A program made the position numbers and the translations under genes. A DNA stretch of 63,843 nucleotides, the filler included. It is 4 parts of 4 records of this genome, joined end to end, with 100 filler letters (N's around TTAATTAATTAA, not from the genome) between each part and the next. Parts side by side here need not be neighbours in the genome. Positions count along the whole stretch, not along the records: positions 1 to 22,817 come from SRR20825019_2378; 3 more parts are not named here. One strand, given 5' to 3'. Shown here piece after piece: positions 1 to 12,698 of this stretch; the stretch's first letter is position 1; each line of letters opens with the position of its first letter. A model generated the notes under the pieces. That model made no database searches. It was not told the DNA's origin and worked only from the letters and a program-made list of their open reading frames with translations.

Positions 1-3000
1 TCCTAGCGGCTGGTTTGTCATACTCTGGAGAAGGGACTCGGTCTCAGGGGCTGCTTGCGGGGATGGCTCCGATTCGAAAGGCTTTGCCGCCTCCTTTTCA
101 GCCGGAACCTCGTGGCCCGCATCTTGCGCTGGAGGCGCCATCACCACGGTCGGAGTGAAGGCAGGGGATGTTTCTTCCCAAGCAGTCTTCGGGACACTTT
201 CGTCCGGCAATGGAATGACCTCCTGAGGTACGACTGGAGGTGCAGATAATGCCTCGGGTGCGATTTCTTCAGAAGTTGGTTTTGACCCTTCAGTTGGAAC
301 TTCATCCATGTCCACAGGTAGGTTCGGAATGCTGGACATTTTCACCAGGACCTTGCTAAGCATATTCTTGTCAAGGCCCAGATCAGCCTCAAAGAAATTC
401 TCAACATCGGCTTTGTCCCACTCTTCAACCTTCTTGATGGCCAAAAGACTCTTCACCTGCTGCCTGGTCCTTGGTTTCGGCTTGAAGACGCTGGTATCGT
501 CAACAACACACGCCATCACATCAGGCGCGCCGATAGGATCTATCCCGATGGCTCTACTGCAATCTCGAACTGCCTGGGCGTACTTGCCTAGTTTCCAGAG
601 AGCGTATCCGCGATAGCTGAGCGCAACGACGTTGAAAGGATTCAGCTCCACTGCATCTGATAAGTCCGACACGGCAGAGTCAAGGCACTTGGACATGTAT
701 CCACGGATCTCCTCACGCTCCTGTCGAATCAATCGAAGCAGGTATGAGACATGATGCCCACTTCGCATCTTAATAACAACGTACCTCAAGTGTTTGGAAC
801 TCAAACTCGACCTCCGAATCTGACTGCTTTTGTTGTTCGGCCCGCTTCGCCGCCTCATTGATGATGTCATCCGGCTTCAGTTTTTCAGCAAGACTCGCGA
901 GAGATTCGGCCTCTAGGAACGCCTTTTTGGCTTCTCTCCGTTGGAGTCGCAGTTGCGCCATCTCCTCCTTCTGCGCGGCAATTCTCTCCTTTTCCTTCTT
1001 GTCTGCCTCACCTTTCGCCTTCCGCCTGGCGTCACACTTCACGTTTAGATTTCGAAAAGCAAAAACTTCAGGTTCATTACCAGTCCCTAGTGCCTCGGTC
1101 CCGGCCGTGCTTTTTGATCAACTTCTCCTTAACCTTTCGCCAGTACTCCTCATACTCAATCTGATAGCAACCCTTAGCGTGATCTCCTTCTCAAAATTCT
1201 CAGTGCTCACCCGCTCCGCCTTTTCGTCAGCCTTTATGGCAAGATCCTCTTCTTTTTCAATTTTATCAAATTCTTTCATCTGCCACAAGTTAGAGACAGG
1301 GAATATTTAGCACATATTTAGAAGAGAATGCACTCATTTTTTGACCCACCGCTTTTTCTATATCACTTTCAAGCTCAATCCGGGAGTTTTGTTCTGAATC
1401 CTTCGCCGCCATATAGTCTTCATACTCCACCTGGACAACAATAGCCATGTTCACTACTGAGCACAGCACCCTAAAATGAAACCAACCTCATTCATGTTAG
1501 CAATGCGATCATTCTCCTCCCTTTCTTTAAGCCATATCTCAAAGTCTTCGTCGTCATAATTGTTCCTTGCCCATTCCTTCATAGTATCGTCAGTACCAAT
1601 CAGCGCACAAGACCGCGCGCTCACCTCTTCCAGCGCTCTTTTCTTTGCCACAATCTCCTTCTGTCTCTCTTGTAGCCTCATCGTGAACTCTTCCACCTCA
1701 ATGAAGTCCTGCTCCATTCTGATGCTCTCAAATATGTTCAGGTTAATAATACCACGTGTCGTGAATGCCCAGTCGTTCACGATAGGCTGGACTTCGTTCA
1801 CACCATGGCCCATTGTCTTGCTGAGTTGGATGCTCTGCATTGTCCGATCATTACATAACATTCCCTGCTTCAGTCTCGGCCCAACTTACCTTGGTTGCTG
1901 CCGCCAAGGCCATATCATACACCCCCTCGTTATTCAAGGCACACGCCCGAAGAGTATGTGCCTGGTACATGTCCGGCGATATCTCCTGAAGGGTGCTCCG
2001 AGGTGAGCAATGCTCGCACAGGCGGCTCACAAACTCACCGCTGCTCTATCACAGGCATCGTAACAACCCTCAAAATCGTTGCTGAGAAAGCACGCAAGTG
2101 CTCGGTACACGTATACGGACGAGTCCAGTGTTTTGGGCCGCTGCGGGACCTTGGCGTGGTGATCAAGCGCCATTTTCAGACTTTTCGCAGCTTCCGCAAA
2201 GCGCGCCATATGTAGCTCGCAGACACCTGTCGGGGTGTCAACACCTGGCTGCTTGTTGTGATCCAAACGCACCTTTCAAGACGCCAACATGCATTCGAGT
2301 CGTGACTCCGTCCGTGTTCAACTTGAAGGGATCGTCTATATTCGGCAGGAGGAAGGTAGAAGAAAGAGAAGACCGGAAGGACGGGGCTGGTGAGGCCAGC
2401 CTGGGGGTCTCAAACCTCTTGCGATTAGTACTTGTCTGGTTCTGAATATTGCGCTGATAACTGTGGTTAGATAAACCGCTTTTGACGGTGCACAATCAAT
2501 ACCTCCAAACGCTTGTTTAGACTGCCCAAGTCCAGCAGGAGCAGACTGGGGTTTGTCCGGGGCAAGTTCTGCGGAGACTGGTAAGAAAGAGCACTAGTGG
2601 GGTAAGGAATCACCTACCATCCTATTAAAGGGAGATATGTCTGGAATCGCGGCGCGCGGCGGAGGCCTCATCTCATCGAAGAACATCCCGGTGTTGTTCA
2701 GCTCGTCTTCCTCGGTGTCGCTGGCATGCGAGGATGAATCGCTTCCACTGCTGGACACGGTGCTTCCCCCAGACGATCCAACGGACTCAAGCTTGGGCGT
2801 GTCATTGTCCGACTCGGGTTGCTTCTCCGCGATCTCACCGTCACCCCCAATACTCAGGGAAGCTTTGCCAACACTACCCTCGTCACCGCTCACCTACAAG
2901 TCACATGAGAACCAAATACCCCACAAGAACAGCACCACCCATACCCCGCCGTCCTGGTCTGCCTCCTCCACTTCATCCTCAGGACTCTTCATAGTCTCGC

Positions 3001-3380
3001 TTTCTTTCTCGAAATCATTCTCATTTTCCTCCAGAAAGAGCTCCTCCTCCACCTCATCAGGCAGGAATGATATCGCAACCCGGTATAGTTCTGGACTCGA
3101 GTAAGGTCTGAGCACGATTCAACACCTCGGAACCTACGCTTTGCCTTTCCTGTGCGCTCCGCAGCGACTGGTGGCGGAAGGACACGACTGAGAGAGTCCA
3201 CAAAGACGTCTACCATCCCTCTTGGGTTGATTTCTGCCATGTGACTGAAGCACTCATGAGCCCTGTGTAGGGTAGTGAGCCCCAACTGCTTAGGTAATTC
3301 CGCACTAATTCAGTATACCTTTGGACTTCTCCTTTCTCGTAAGCCTCCAGGCCGCGAAGACGGAAGAAATTCGCGGACAT
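1..3380 (-). CDS. Multi-exon TPR-repeat/coiled-coil protein, 3' end runs off the window
   Basis: ATG at 3380 (MSANFFRLRG...). Exons join through short GT-AG introns. TPR-like helices KGVCELHMARFAEAAKSLKMAL, YVYRALACFLSNDFEGCYDACDRA and AVELNPFNVVALSYRGYALWKLGKYAQAVRDCSRAIGIDP. The last exon is open to position 1. Some exon boundaries are inferred. Confidence 0.75.
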
Positions 3381-4086
3381 AGGTGCGCCTAAACCTCCTC
3401 TGCACTAGCCTGTATCTTTCTAAGTGTTGAAAACTTCCTCTTATTGGCATATAACTCTTATGACACACTTCATAAATATACGACATGCGCGGGTGGTGTT
3501 GTGCGGCAGTCTCTGGCTTCGCCGGGGCTTCGCCGAGAACACCGGCACTTCACCGTAGTCGGACAGTATCCGAGCGGCCCCGGCAGTCCGCCGACAGTGC
3601 GAGGCGGACCATGTGGGCGGGCGGACCGGCCGGCGTGCTTCTAGGGCCCATCATGTGTACTGGAGGTGTTACACAGCCTCATTCGTGAGGAGACTTCTAA
3701 CCGTCAGTTCCTTTCGTTATAGTGAGATTTATGGTGTCGGATAGTAAATATCCACAATATAGTCTTTTAATAGAATTGCAAAGTCAACACTGGGCTGACG
3801 CACGCGTCCGATCCGACGGGCCGCGGGGCCCGCGGTGCCCGTAGCCGGGATCATGACTTCATCACTGATGACGATCAATGGCCGGCCACCGTGCCTCCGC
3901 TGGCATCGAACTGCTTTGCCATTCTGTCCCGACAGTCGGAATGTCAAGAACCGTCAACAACAACTGCGCTGCTGGGCTGCCCTCTCGGGACTGTTTCCTC
4001 AAGGTCCAGCAGTGACAGACAGCTCTACCCAGCGTGCCCGCTTAAATAACTGTGTACCACTTCGGTACGCTCAGACTATACCAGAA

Positions 4087-5424
4087 ATGTCCTTGAAGTG
4101 GATTCACAACGTAATTTCCTCCTTTGCGGCGCGCAACATCCAAGAGAGCCTGAAGTTCGCCGAAGCCGCCTGCCTCGACTCCTCCAATGACACCATATTC
4201 GCGGGGTATTGTTGCGGGTATTTGCGCACTTTACTAAGCGCCGGCGACCTTGACTGCAGTGGTATGGATTATGGAGCAAGTTTCGGAGTGAGTTGGTTTT
4301 GATTTGATTTTTCTAGGGGTTTACACCACGGGAGAGGCTTTCAAAGTCTTCATTGAGAGTGACTCCAACGCGTTAGTATACAACTCCGTCGGGAAAGAAT
4401 GGGCTTCTTTGTATGACGGAGCAGATGGCAACATTTCTATTGCCGATATTGGTGTTGGAAGTGGAAAGGGTATTGTGTATATATTTTTAGAAACTCTGCG
4501 TCTTACTCCTGCCTAGCTCTCTTGCTGGCCCTTGAAGCCAGCAAGCATGGTAAAGTAGGCAGTGCGACTCTGCTGGAGCCATCAGCGCCCATGCTTAAGA
4601 CCACCGTTGATGAGTTGAAAGTGTAAGTGAAGGGCAGGTTAGTGTGTGGTGTGTACAGTGTTCTGATACTGTTGACAGGGGACATCCTAACGTAGTGGTT
4701 CGAACACATAACTGGTATAGTGCAGTGTGTCTCCAGTGTGGTCGTCCCTGCTAACATGCTCTTTCATCAGCACTGCTGAAAGCATGGTTGATTCAGGCGG
4801 CCTTGGTTCCGACCAGTATCGGTTCATCCAGGTATGCTTGGCTGCAATTGGCTTAGAGGTATCTAACATTTACACGTCGTACACATCAAGGCATCCTTCA
4901 GTCTGCAAAATCTCAAGCCCGAAGCTAGGGCTCAAGTCTTTTCTGCTCTCAAACCGAATCTGACGTCAGATGGCGAGTTGGTGATAGTCGAGTTCGATGT
5001 CAGCCCGTCGTTTGACAACAGTGACCTTCTCCATTCAGAGAGGGTGCAGTGGGTTGCCGAGAGGTGCGTGTTAAACGGGTGGTGGGGCGTCGTTTAGTGT
5101 GGTGTTCGTACCGCTGACTGTATAAGGCAGATATGCGGCGTCGATACGTGACTTTGAGGAAGGCAAACAGAGGGACATTGCCACCGAGGGGTTTCTGATC
5201 CCTGTATTTTTCGGATACTTTGACACTAAGGGTGTGTTGTCTCTCCAAACCGCCGCAATTGCAACTGACTGACTGTCCCAGGTATGCGCGTCAACTTTGA
5301 GCAGCCCATGTCGAGGTGGATCGAGGCTCTTAAGGAATCAGGATATGAAATCGTGGAGGCAAGGCACATCAGTCCGTACACTTGGTCGCCAACGTTTATG
5401 ATACGTGCCAGACCCAGGCATTGA
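4087..5424 (+). CDS. Class I SAM-dependent methyltransferase (multi-exon)
   Basis: Manual splicing (first intron 4262-4316) gives motif I IADIGVGSGK, then LLEPSAPML, ASFSLQNL...LKPNLTSDGELVIVEFD, GFLIPVFFG and NFEQPMSRWIEALKESGY. TGA at 5422-5424. Confidence 0.75.
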
Positions 5425-5644
5425 GTCACGCTGGATTGACCGGCTGATCTCGTCTTCATTTTGACTGGGACGCCCATCGCTACCTTGCGGCACCAATGAG
5501 ATGTGAAACGAGGTCCAGCGAGTGCTGCTCGGGTAGACGCGTGCTGATGCCGAGAGATGTCTTGGCGCGGGACATTGTGAGGACTCCCGGGCTTGTCACG
5601 CTCCCGCGGGGCTAATCCAAGCATGTGTCAGCATCATGGAGCCA

Positions 5645-8600
5645 CTAAAACAATCCATCACTACTCACCAATGCACGGTGGTGCAACTCGTGCATGTTGT
5701 TACTCATGATAGTGGGCGAGCACACCTCTCCCCGATTCTTGCTGTGCGTACTTATCCACTCCGACATGACCTTGTTAATAGTTTCATGTTGCGGATTCGC
5801 CTCGCCGTGCGCAAACGATGCGATTCCCTTCGACCGCCCCACCATCTCGCTTCCCCCGTCTGAGTTGCGCGGTGACCGCGTAGTGGAAGACCCGTTGTAG
5901 TTCCACACTACCATAGGCTTTCCGGCCTGGTCAGAGTCTCCTCCCCTCTGAGAAGACCCCACCCCCTCCACTGGCAGCACCGCCGATCTATTTGCGAGCA
6001 CCTATCGTCGGGTAGTTAGCACTACGAGCATGCACGGCCGCCGGAATGACTCACCTCGCTGAACTTCATCAGCGCGCTGGTGCGACTCGAAGCCGAGTTT
6101 ACCATTCGCATCGATATGGCATTCATCGCCCGCGCCTGAGTCAAGTTCTCAGCGGCACTGTTGCGAGTCTTTACCACGTCGGCGTCTCTATTCGACTGGG
6201 AAAGCTTGAACTCCTCCTGACGCGTCCCTGCGACGGATGCGGCGCGGCTCATCACGGAGCTTGCCCTCTTGTTACTGGCCACAGTCGCCGGGCGCTGCTG
6301 AAGGTCCACGGAGGGCGCCCGGCGTGGCGTGAGGCGCCCCCCGGGAGACATTGTGAGGGATGTGTCGGCCATCATGTTCTGCAACTTGGTGTCCATACGA
6401 CCTTGGTACGCCAGGCTAGCCTTGACGAGCTTCGAGTACCGCGACGATGCCTGCACCACCATTCGACTCTTCTCCTTGGCTGACCCAGACGTTTTCGGCT
6501 TGTCCCTCTCGGCAAACCGCTTCTCAACCAGCATCCGCCGGAACATTGTCGTCAGCGTGTCGCGGTGGGGCAGGTAGGCGGCTGCCAGCATGCGGTCATA
6601 GTCGGACACGTTGTCATCCGTGGGATATATTCGCAAATAGCCGCCCATCTTGTGTTGCTCGTACTCATACGCTGTCTCTAGGACCTCCTCGCGCTTGTGC
6701 GGGAACACCTGTCTCGGCAGATCATCGTCAGTGGTGACGCCTCCGCCGCCTCCTAAACCCGACGACCCTCCTCGCGGCGTCGTCCGCCCATCCCCCCGCT
6801 CCACAAAACGCCGACTGCGAGGCGTAGTTCCTCCCTGTTGCTGACTAGCTGCAACTGCCGCTGACCTAGAGTGCTGTAATGAGCTGGCTGAGGCGTTTCC
6901 CACTTGCGAGTTTCCGTACCTTGTTGAAGCCTGCTGGCTCTTCTTGCGCATAAAAGGCTCCAGGTTGACCATGTTGAGTGTGTCGAGGATGACCTGTTGC
7001 TTGACTTGGTGGTCGATTGGCGTGTCGCATCTGAAGCTTGGTGCCGAGTTCACCTCCAGCAGCCATGGCTTCAGATTGTGATCCAGAAGAACGTCAAATC
7101 CAAGCACCTCGAAGCACCGCATGACATCATTCGACACCCCATTGGACCCCTCCTTCCCCGGCGGCGCAAAGGCAGTGTGGTACGACTGCGCCAGCCTGGG
7201 CTGAACTGCGATCAGCGTTTTGATGATGACCTGTCACAAAAACTTTAGCACAAGAATGGCCTAGCCATCGTCCGATTCCCCACCTTCTCTATGTCCATCC
7301 ACATCTTGGCGGTGTCGTGGCCGTGAGAATCCAGCCACTCCTGTAGCCCGTGAAGGCTCCACTTCGATCCCTCCGAGGCCTTGTGGGCATCGCTGTTGTG
7401 GACGTAGTTCTCGTTGTTCTTGTTGATTGCGTAGTTGGTGAGGTGCTGTGAATATTCCATCCATTCAGCGCCGGGCGTGACGACAACTACCAGGCAAACT
7501 CACCATATAAAGGTCATCCAGGTTGTCCTCATGTGGTTTCTTGTAGCGCTCCGTGCAGAACCTCACCAGGCCTTCGGTGTGAAGGAACACCCGCAGCGGA
7601 TCCACAGAATTCACGAGCACATACAGGCGCAGATCGAACTTGAAACCGTCTATGAGAAAAGGTTTCTTAATGTACCTCTGCACTACGCAGTCCTCCCTTG
7701 ATCCTATCTGCTCCGGCCCGGTTGCGAGATAGATCCCCTTGCCCTGCCCGCTGTTGTCTGGTTTTACGATGAAGCACCCCTTCTCCGCTCGCTTGCCGCC
7801 GCCCCGTTTCAATTTGTGGTTCTCACGGAACTCCTTGAGTTCGTCAGGCAGGATCCACGTCTCCGGATGGAAGTTGTATTCTTTTGGAAAGTTGCGTTCC
7901 TGGATGCCTCAGTCAGATCCCCACCGCCTCGCCATCAACAACATCTATAACTCACCATCAACCTCAGGTTCTTGGACAACGCATCCTTTCTAGTGATCTC
8001 CGTCATTCCGGGGAAGTGGTTCACCCTTCTGTAGGTGTTGATCTTGCTCATCAACGACGTGTTCACAGTCCCATCCGCCCAGAGAAGGTCGAAATCTTCA
8101 TTATGGCCTTTTACCCAACCCAGCGAGTCCACACACGTCTGAACAAGATTGTACTTGGTATACATACACACGACCACTTCTAAAGGCCCAAACTTTTGTA
8201 TCTTGTCGATAATCGTCTCTCGAGGTGGAGACTGCTTTGCTGCCGGGCGCCTGGAGCTGCCGGGCTTGCGGTTCCTGGGTGGCACAGGTGCTCTGGGAGT
8301 CGCTATGGGCGTACTTAGCACTGCGTCTGGGTCATCGTCGGTGAGTGCTGACGACCCAGCCTCATCACTGGATCCCTCTGACGACTCGAGCGGGAATAAA
8401 GGCGAGTCAGCCTCCACCTTCTCTAAGGCCGCGGCATCCTGGCGGCGCCCGCATTCCTCGTCTCTCGCCTTGATAGCACTCCTCCATGACCCCTGTGGTG
8501 ACCTCCGCACTCCAACCTGCTTTTCCACAATCCTTTCTGTGTGAATTAGGAGAGGCGGGCGGCTCGAAGGACGCCTGGTGTACTTTCCTCGTGGGGTTGC

Positions 8601-9161
8601 CTGCTCAGCCGGTTTGGTGGGGCCGGACTCGCTGCTGCCCCGAGACGCCGTATCCGACAGCTGTGCCGAGTCAGTGTTGTCACTCTCCTCCTCCGACTCC
8701 TTGGCGTCGACTTCCTTGTTCAACAACTGGTACATGTTGTTCAACAGGTTCTTCCGGCCCAGTTCGGACAGAGGCTTGATAGAGTACTCCACGCAGCCAT
8801 ATCGAAGGGCGCGGTCACGTTGGTCTTTCGTTGGCATTGAAGTCACAGCCACTACCGGGCAATGGTCTCGGCACAAGGCAATAGTGCTCTTAAACTCCAT
8901 CATATCCATTACCTGGTCAAGGTCTACCACAAGCAACCGGGGGTAGAGGCCCTGCTCCGCCGCGTCCCTTATCGCCAAGCAGGAGCTAAACGACCGAGTG
9001 GACATATTCGCCCGGTCAAGCTGGTGAAGTATCTCCCGCTCAGCCCGTCCATCCCCGGATATCATGCATACCTCACAGAAGTAGCCTGCCTTCCTAGGAG
9101 TATCCATATTGAGCACCCGAAAAGGGGATGGGGAATGGGTTGATGGCGCCGAGAGGAACAC
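5645..9161 (-). CDS. Tubulin polyglutamylase, TTLL6/7/13-like, with N-terminal response-regulator receiver-like domain (multi-exon)
   Basis: TTL motifs VNHFPGM..ITRKD, FHPETWILP, FIVKPDNSGQGKGIYL, VVQRYI..PFLIDGFKFDLRLYVLV, HLTNYAINK, GSKWSL and CFEVLGFDVLLDHNLKPWLLEVNSAPSF. Intron 7900-7955 joins LRLM|ERNFP. The start may be ATG 9107. Confidence 0.9.
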
Positions 9162-9952
9162 ATGAGTTCACTCTGTGCATGGACCCTTATAAAAGGTGAC
9201 GGAGGCTGTGCGTGCAGACCACAACAACTGCCTGGCTGGCGGCTCCGTTCGCTGCCGCCGCCCGTGGCCGGGATGGCCTGCCATGATTGGCCACCCACCC
9301 GATAAGGGCAGGTGGGGCGCGCGCATCGGCTGAGCATGCGGCTCTGACTCGCCATTGGCCACACTGGCCGTGTTAGGCCCCGCAGCTGAGGCTGAGACGA
9401 ATCCGGGATAGTGCTTGGGTTGTTACTGCAGTTGCCGGTGACACGGGCCGGGTGAGCAGCCAGGCATGACTTTGAGGTCACGACTCGGTGTTTCCGAGAC
9501 GGCACTCGCTGAGCCGGCCAGACCCCAGCCTGAGGACTACCCCACGACCCGGCAACCCGACCGACCCGCAATGGTGCTCATGCACCCGTGCGCTCCAGCA
9601 GGCTGCAATCTCCCATGAATCTGGCAAGGCCCCGGTCAGCTGATAAATCCAGAATATAATCACATGAAGAAGGAAACAGCTGTGACTGAGGGTCTGGGTA
9701 ACTATGGCGAGGCCTCCTGTTGTTGGTATGGGCATCCTCGGGATTGCTGGAGCAGGGCCTTGCACTATTGTTGGAGACCTGGCCGGGTCACCTCCCTTTG
9801 TTTGCAACCACTGACTGAGAAGGAAGTGCACGCAGGCCCGTCTTGGGTGTGCATCACAGTTTCAGTTGGAGGTTGCCAGTGGCCCCGCTAGACCGCGCTT
9901 GTTTCCAGCATAAGTATATCTGCGCTGAGTATTCGCTGCACTGCGAAAAGTT

Positions 9953-12457
9953 ATGGATGCTCCCCTGCTGATGCAAGAAAGGGGTACGGTTGAGGCCGAA
10001 AGAGATACGGCTGAGGCCGAAAGGGGCATTGCTCTGTCCTGGGACAACGTGAACTTGGAGGTGACAGCCAAGGCCGGCTTCGCTCCATGGATGACAAGAA
10101 AACTTCCGGTAACCATGGCGGATGTGCCCCTCTTTCTGGTGCTGACCATTTTATGTATAGATTCTCACTGGTGTGTCAGGAGTCGTGAGGCCGGGTCAGC
10201 TACTGGCGATTTTGGTTGGTGCTGCGATAAAGGAGACGGGCTTGGAGCTGACGCTCTCTGTTTGTAGGGCCCGAGTGGCAGTGGCAAGACTTCGTTGTTG
10301 AATACCCTTGCAGACAGAGTAGAAGGGAGGGTTACTGGGACGATTGCCCTGAACGGAATTCAGCGGACTCCCAGTCTGGCGAAGAAGTTCATGGGTTATG
10401 TGATGCAAGATGACTCTTTGCTTCCTCTCCTAACAGTGTATGAAACTCTGATGTACGCCGCTAGGCTGGTGAGAGTGATGTTCCCTACGCTTGCTGCAGT
10501 TCCTAACTGCTGCCACAGCGCCTTCCAAGGTCAACATCCACTGCTGAGAGAAGGCGAAGGGTGAATGATGTCATATCCGAGCTTGGCCTTCGCCCTTGCC
10601 AGAACACCAAGGTATGCGTGCGTTGAATGTATGGTCGTACATACAGTGAAGTGTCCCTGCCTTGCAGATTGGTAATGAGAGTGTCCGGGGAATATCAGGG
10701 GGGCAACGCAGGCGCGTGAGCATCGGCATCCAGCTCATTGTGAACCCAAGCATTTTGCTCCTGGATGAGCCCACATCCGGCCTGGATAGTACCACTGCAC
10801 ACCATCTGATGGAGACTCTCTCGAAACTAGCGGCGAAGGGCCGCACGATCATCACATGCATCCACCAGCCCAGAAGTGGTGAGTTGGGTTCATGGCTCGT
10901 CTCGGTGTGGTCCTTAACGCTATATCAAGATATCTTCGCTATGCTTGACCTTGTACAGATCCTTTCCGCGGGGCGCACCGTGTACTTTGGTCATGCCTCT
11001 GAGGTTGTTCCTTGGTTCACAAGGCAGGGCTTCCCGTGCCCTCAGTTCTCCAATCCCGCGGACTATATTCGTATGTCGTGATATGACGTGGCTGTATGCC
11101 GTTGCTGACATATCTGCCAGTGGATATCACCAGCGTCGACACGCGGACAACATCAATGGAGAGCGAGACGCAAGATCGACTGACCACCTTCATTGATAAT
11201 TATGAGAGCTCGTCCATTGCCCAGGGTGTGCGCAAAGATATCGAGGAGTTGGAATCAGATAGCAAGCAGGATTTGGTTGCTTCCAACAAGTTGCTGAAGA
11301 GCCTTCATACCGGAAAACGTCTCTTTGCCATCCAGCAGATGTGGATTCTGGTAGGTTTTCACACACTCGTGGACGCAGTGTGTCCTGACGTGTCTGCGCA
11401 GATTTGCAGGAGCTTCCTCTCACAGGCCAGGAACTGGTGGGAGCTGTTGTCACGCCTTCTGGCTTATGCAGTCATGGGCCTTACGATGGGACTGTGAGTG
11501 ATTGAGGGGCATGATCTGCGACACAACTAACATGCGTCGCAGTGTGTTCTATAAGATTACGCACGACTCGCTGGGCGTCCGTGACGCCTTTGGTCTCAGT
11601 TTCTTTGTAGTCACGCTGCTTCCCTTTGTAGTCATTCTGTCCGCAATATCTAAAGGTACAGCATTCCGGTGTCACCATGATGCAGCCACTAACTGGGGCG
11701 CCGCAGTGGACCAGGAAAGGGCGAGCTATTACCGCGAGCACCGTGACAACATGTACGGGCCGTTTGCCTCCTTTGCCGCCAAGATTATATCTGAATTGCC
11801 GTTCACCATTCTGGCATCTTTGATCTACGTGTGTGGATATTACTTCTTGGCTCACATGTAGGGCCGCGGTCTTCCGAGCCGGACGTCGTGCTAACGAAGG
11901 ATGTGTAGATGGGTGTCGTGGGAGAGGTTTTTGTGGTACAACCTGATTATTCTTCTGACGATCGAGGCTTCGATGTCGCTGGCCGTGGCTCTAGGAAACC
12001 TCCTTACGAATTTCCAGACAAGCGTCTTTGTGGCCAACCTTGTTTATGTAAGACATTGCGCTGGACGCACATGGCCTCGTTTTGCTGATCGGACCTGCAG
12101 ACGCTATCATTCCTTTCCTGTGGATTTATAGTAGCGGTGAACAGCATCCCCATTTGGTTCAAGTGGATCAGATATGTCTCGTGGGTGAGGTTTTCGTACG
12201 TAGGACTCGCCGTGACCCAGTTTAAGGGCAGGGATCTAGAGATTGCGCCAGGTTGGTCTGTGTTCTTGCATGTCGCATGCCCTCCTAAGCTCGCATGAAC
12301 AGGGGTATTCTTGACCCAGGACCAGCTGTACAACATGAACGGGATCGATGACGTCGATCCGTGGTACTGCGCCGTCAAAATCCTCATTGTGATCATTGTG
12401 TTGCGACTGGTTGCCCTTTCCGCGCTCTACGTGGTAGACCAGAAGCCTTTGCACTGA
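9953..12457 (+). CDS. ABC transporter G family (White-like) half transporter (multi-exon)
   Basis: Walker A GPSGSGKT after splicing, GYVMQDD, signature ISGGQRRRVSIG, Walker B LLLDEPTSGLD, IHQP and NPADY. C-terminal TM domain with ERASYYRE and IPIWFKWIRYVS. First intron 10109-10160, TGA at 12455-12457. Confidence 0.93.
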
Positions 12458-12698
12458 GCCGGCTGGCTTTTGTTTGTTTTATTGAACCTACAGTGCGGGG
12501 TGCTGCGGTGAGCCAAGCGAGGTTGGCCACACCTGCACGAAATATCAAAGTTAGCATGGAAGAGGGCTTTGCGCCCTGCGGACTGATAAACACGGCCCCC
12601 CCAACAGCCATGGGTAGGTGCCCGATGCCATAAATGTGGCTTCAGCAGCACGTATGGATGAAATTTGAGCATGATTTATTGTGTGCTAGTGTCAGCAT

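Noticed and set aside
9975-10027. 21-nt tandem duplication at the ABCG N-terminus
   Set aside because: Only about two copies in a disordered leader, trivial.
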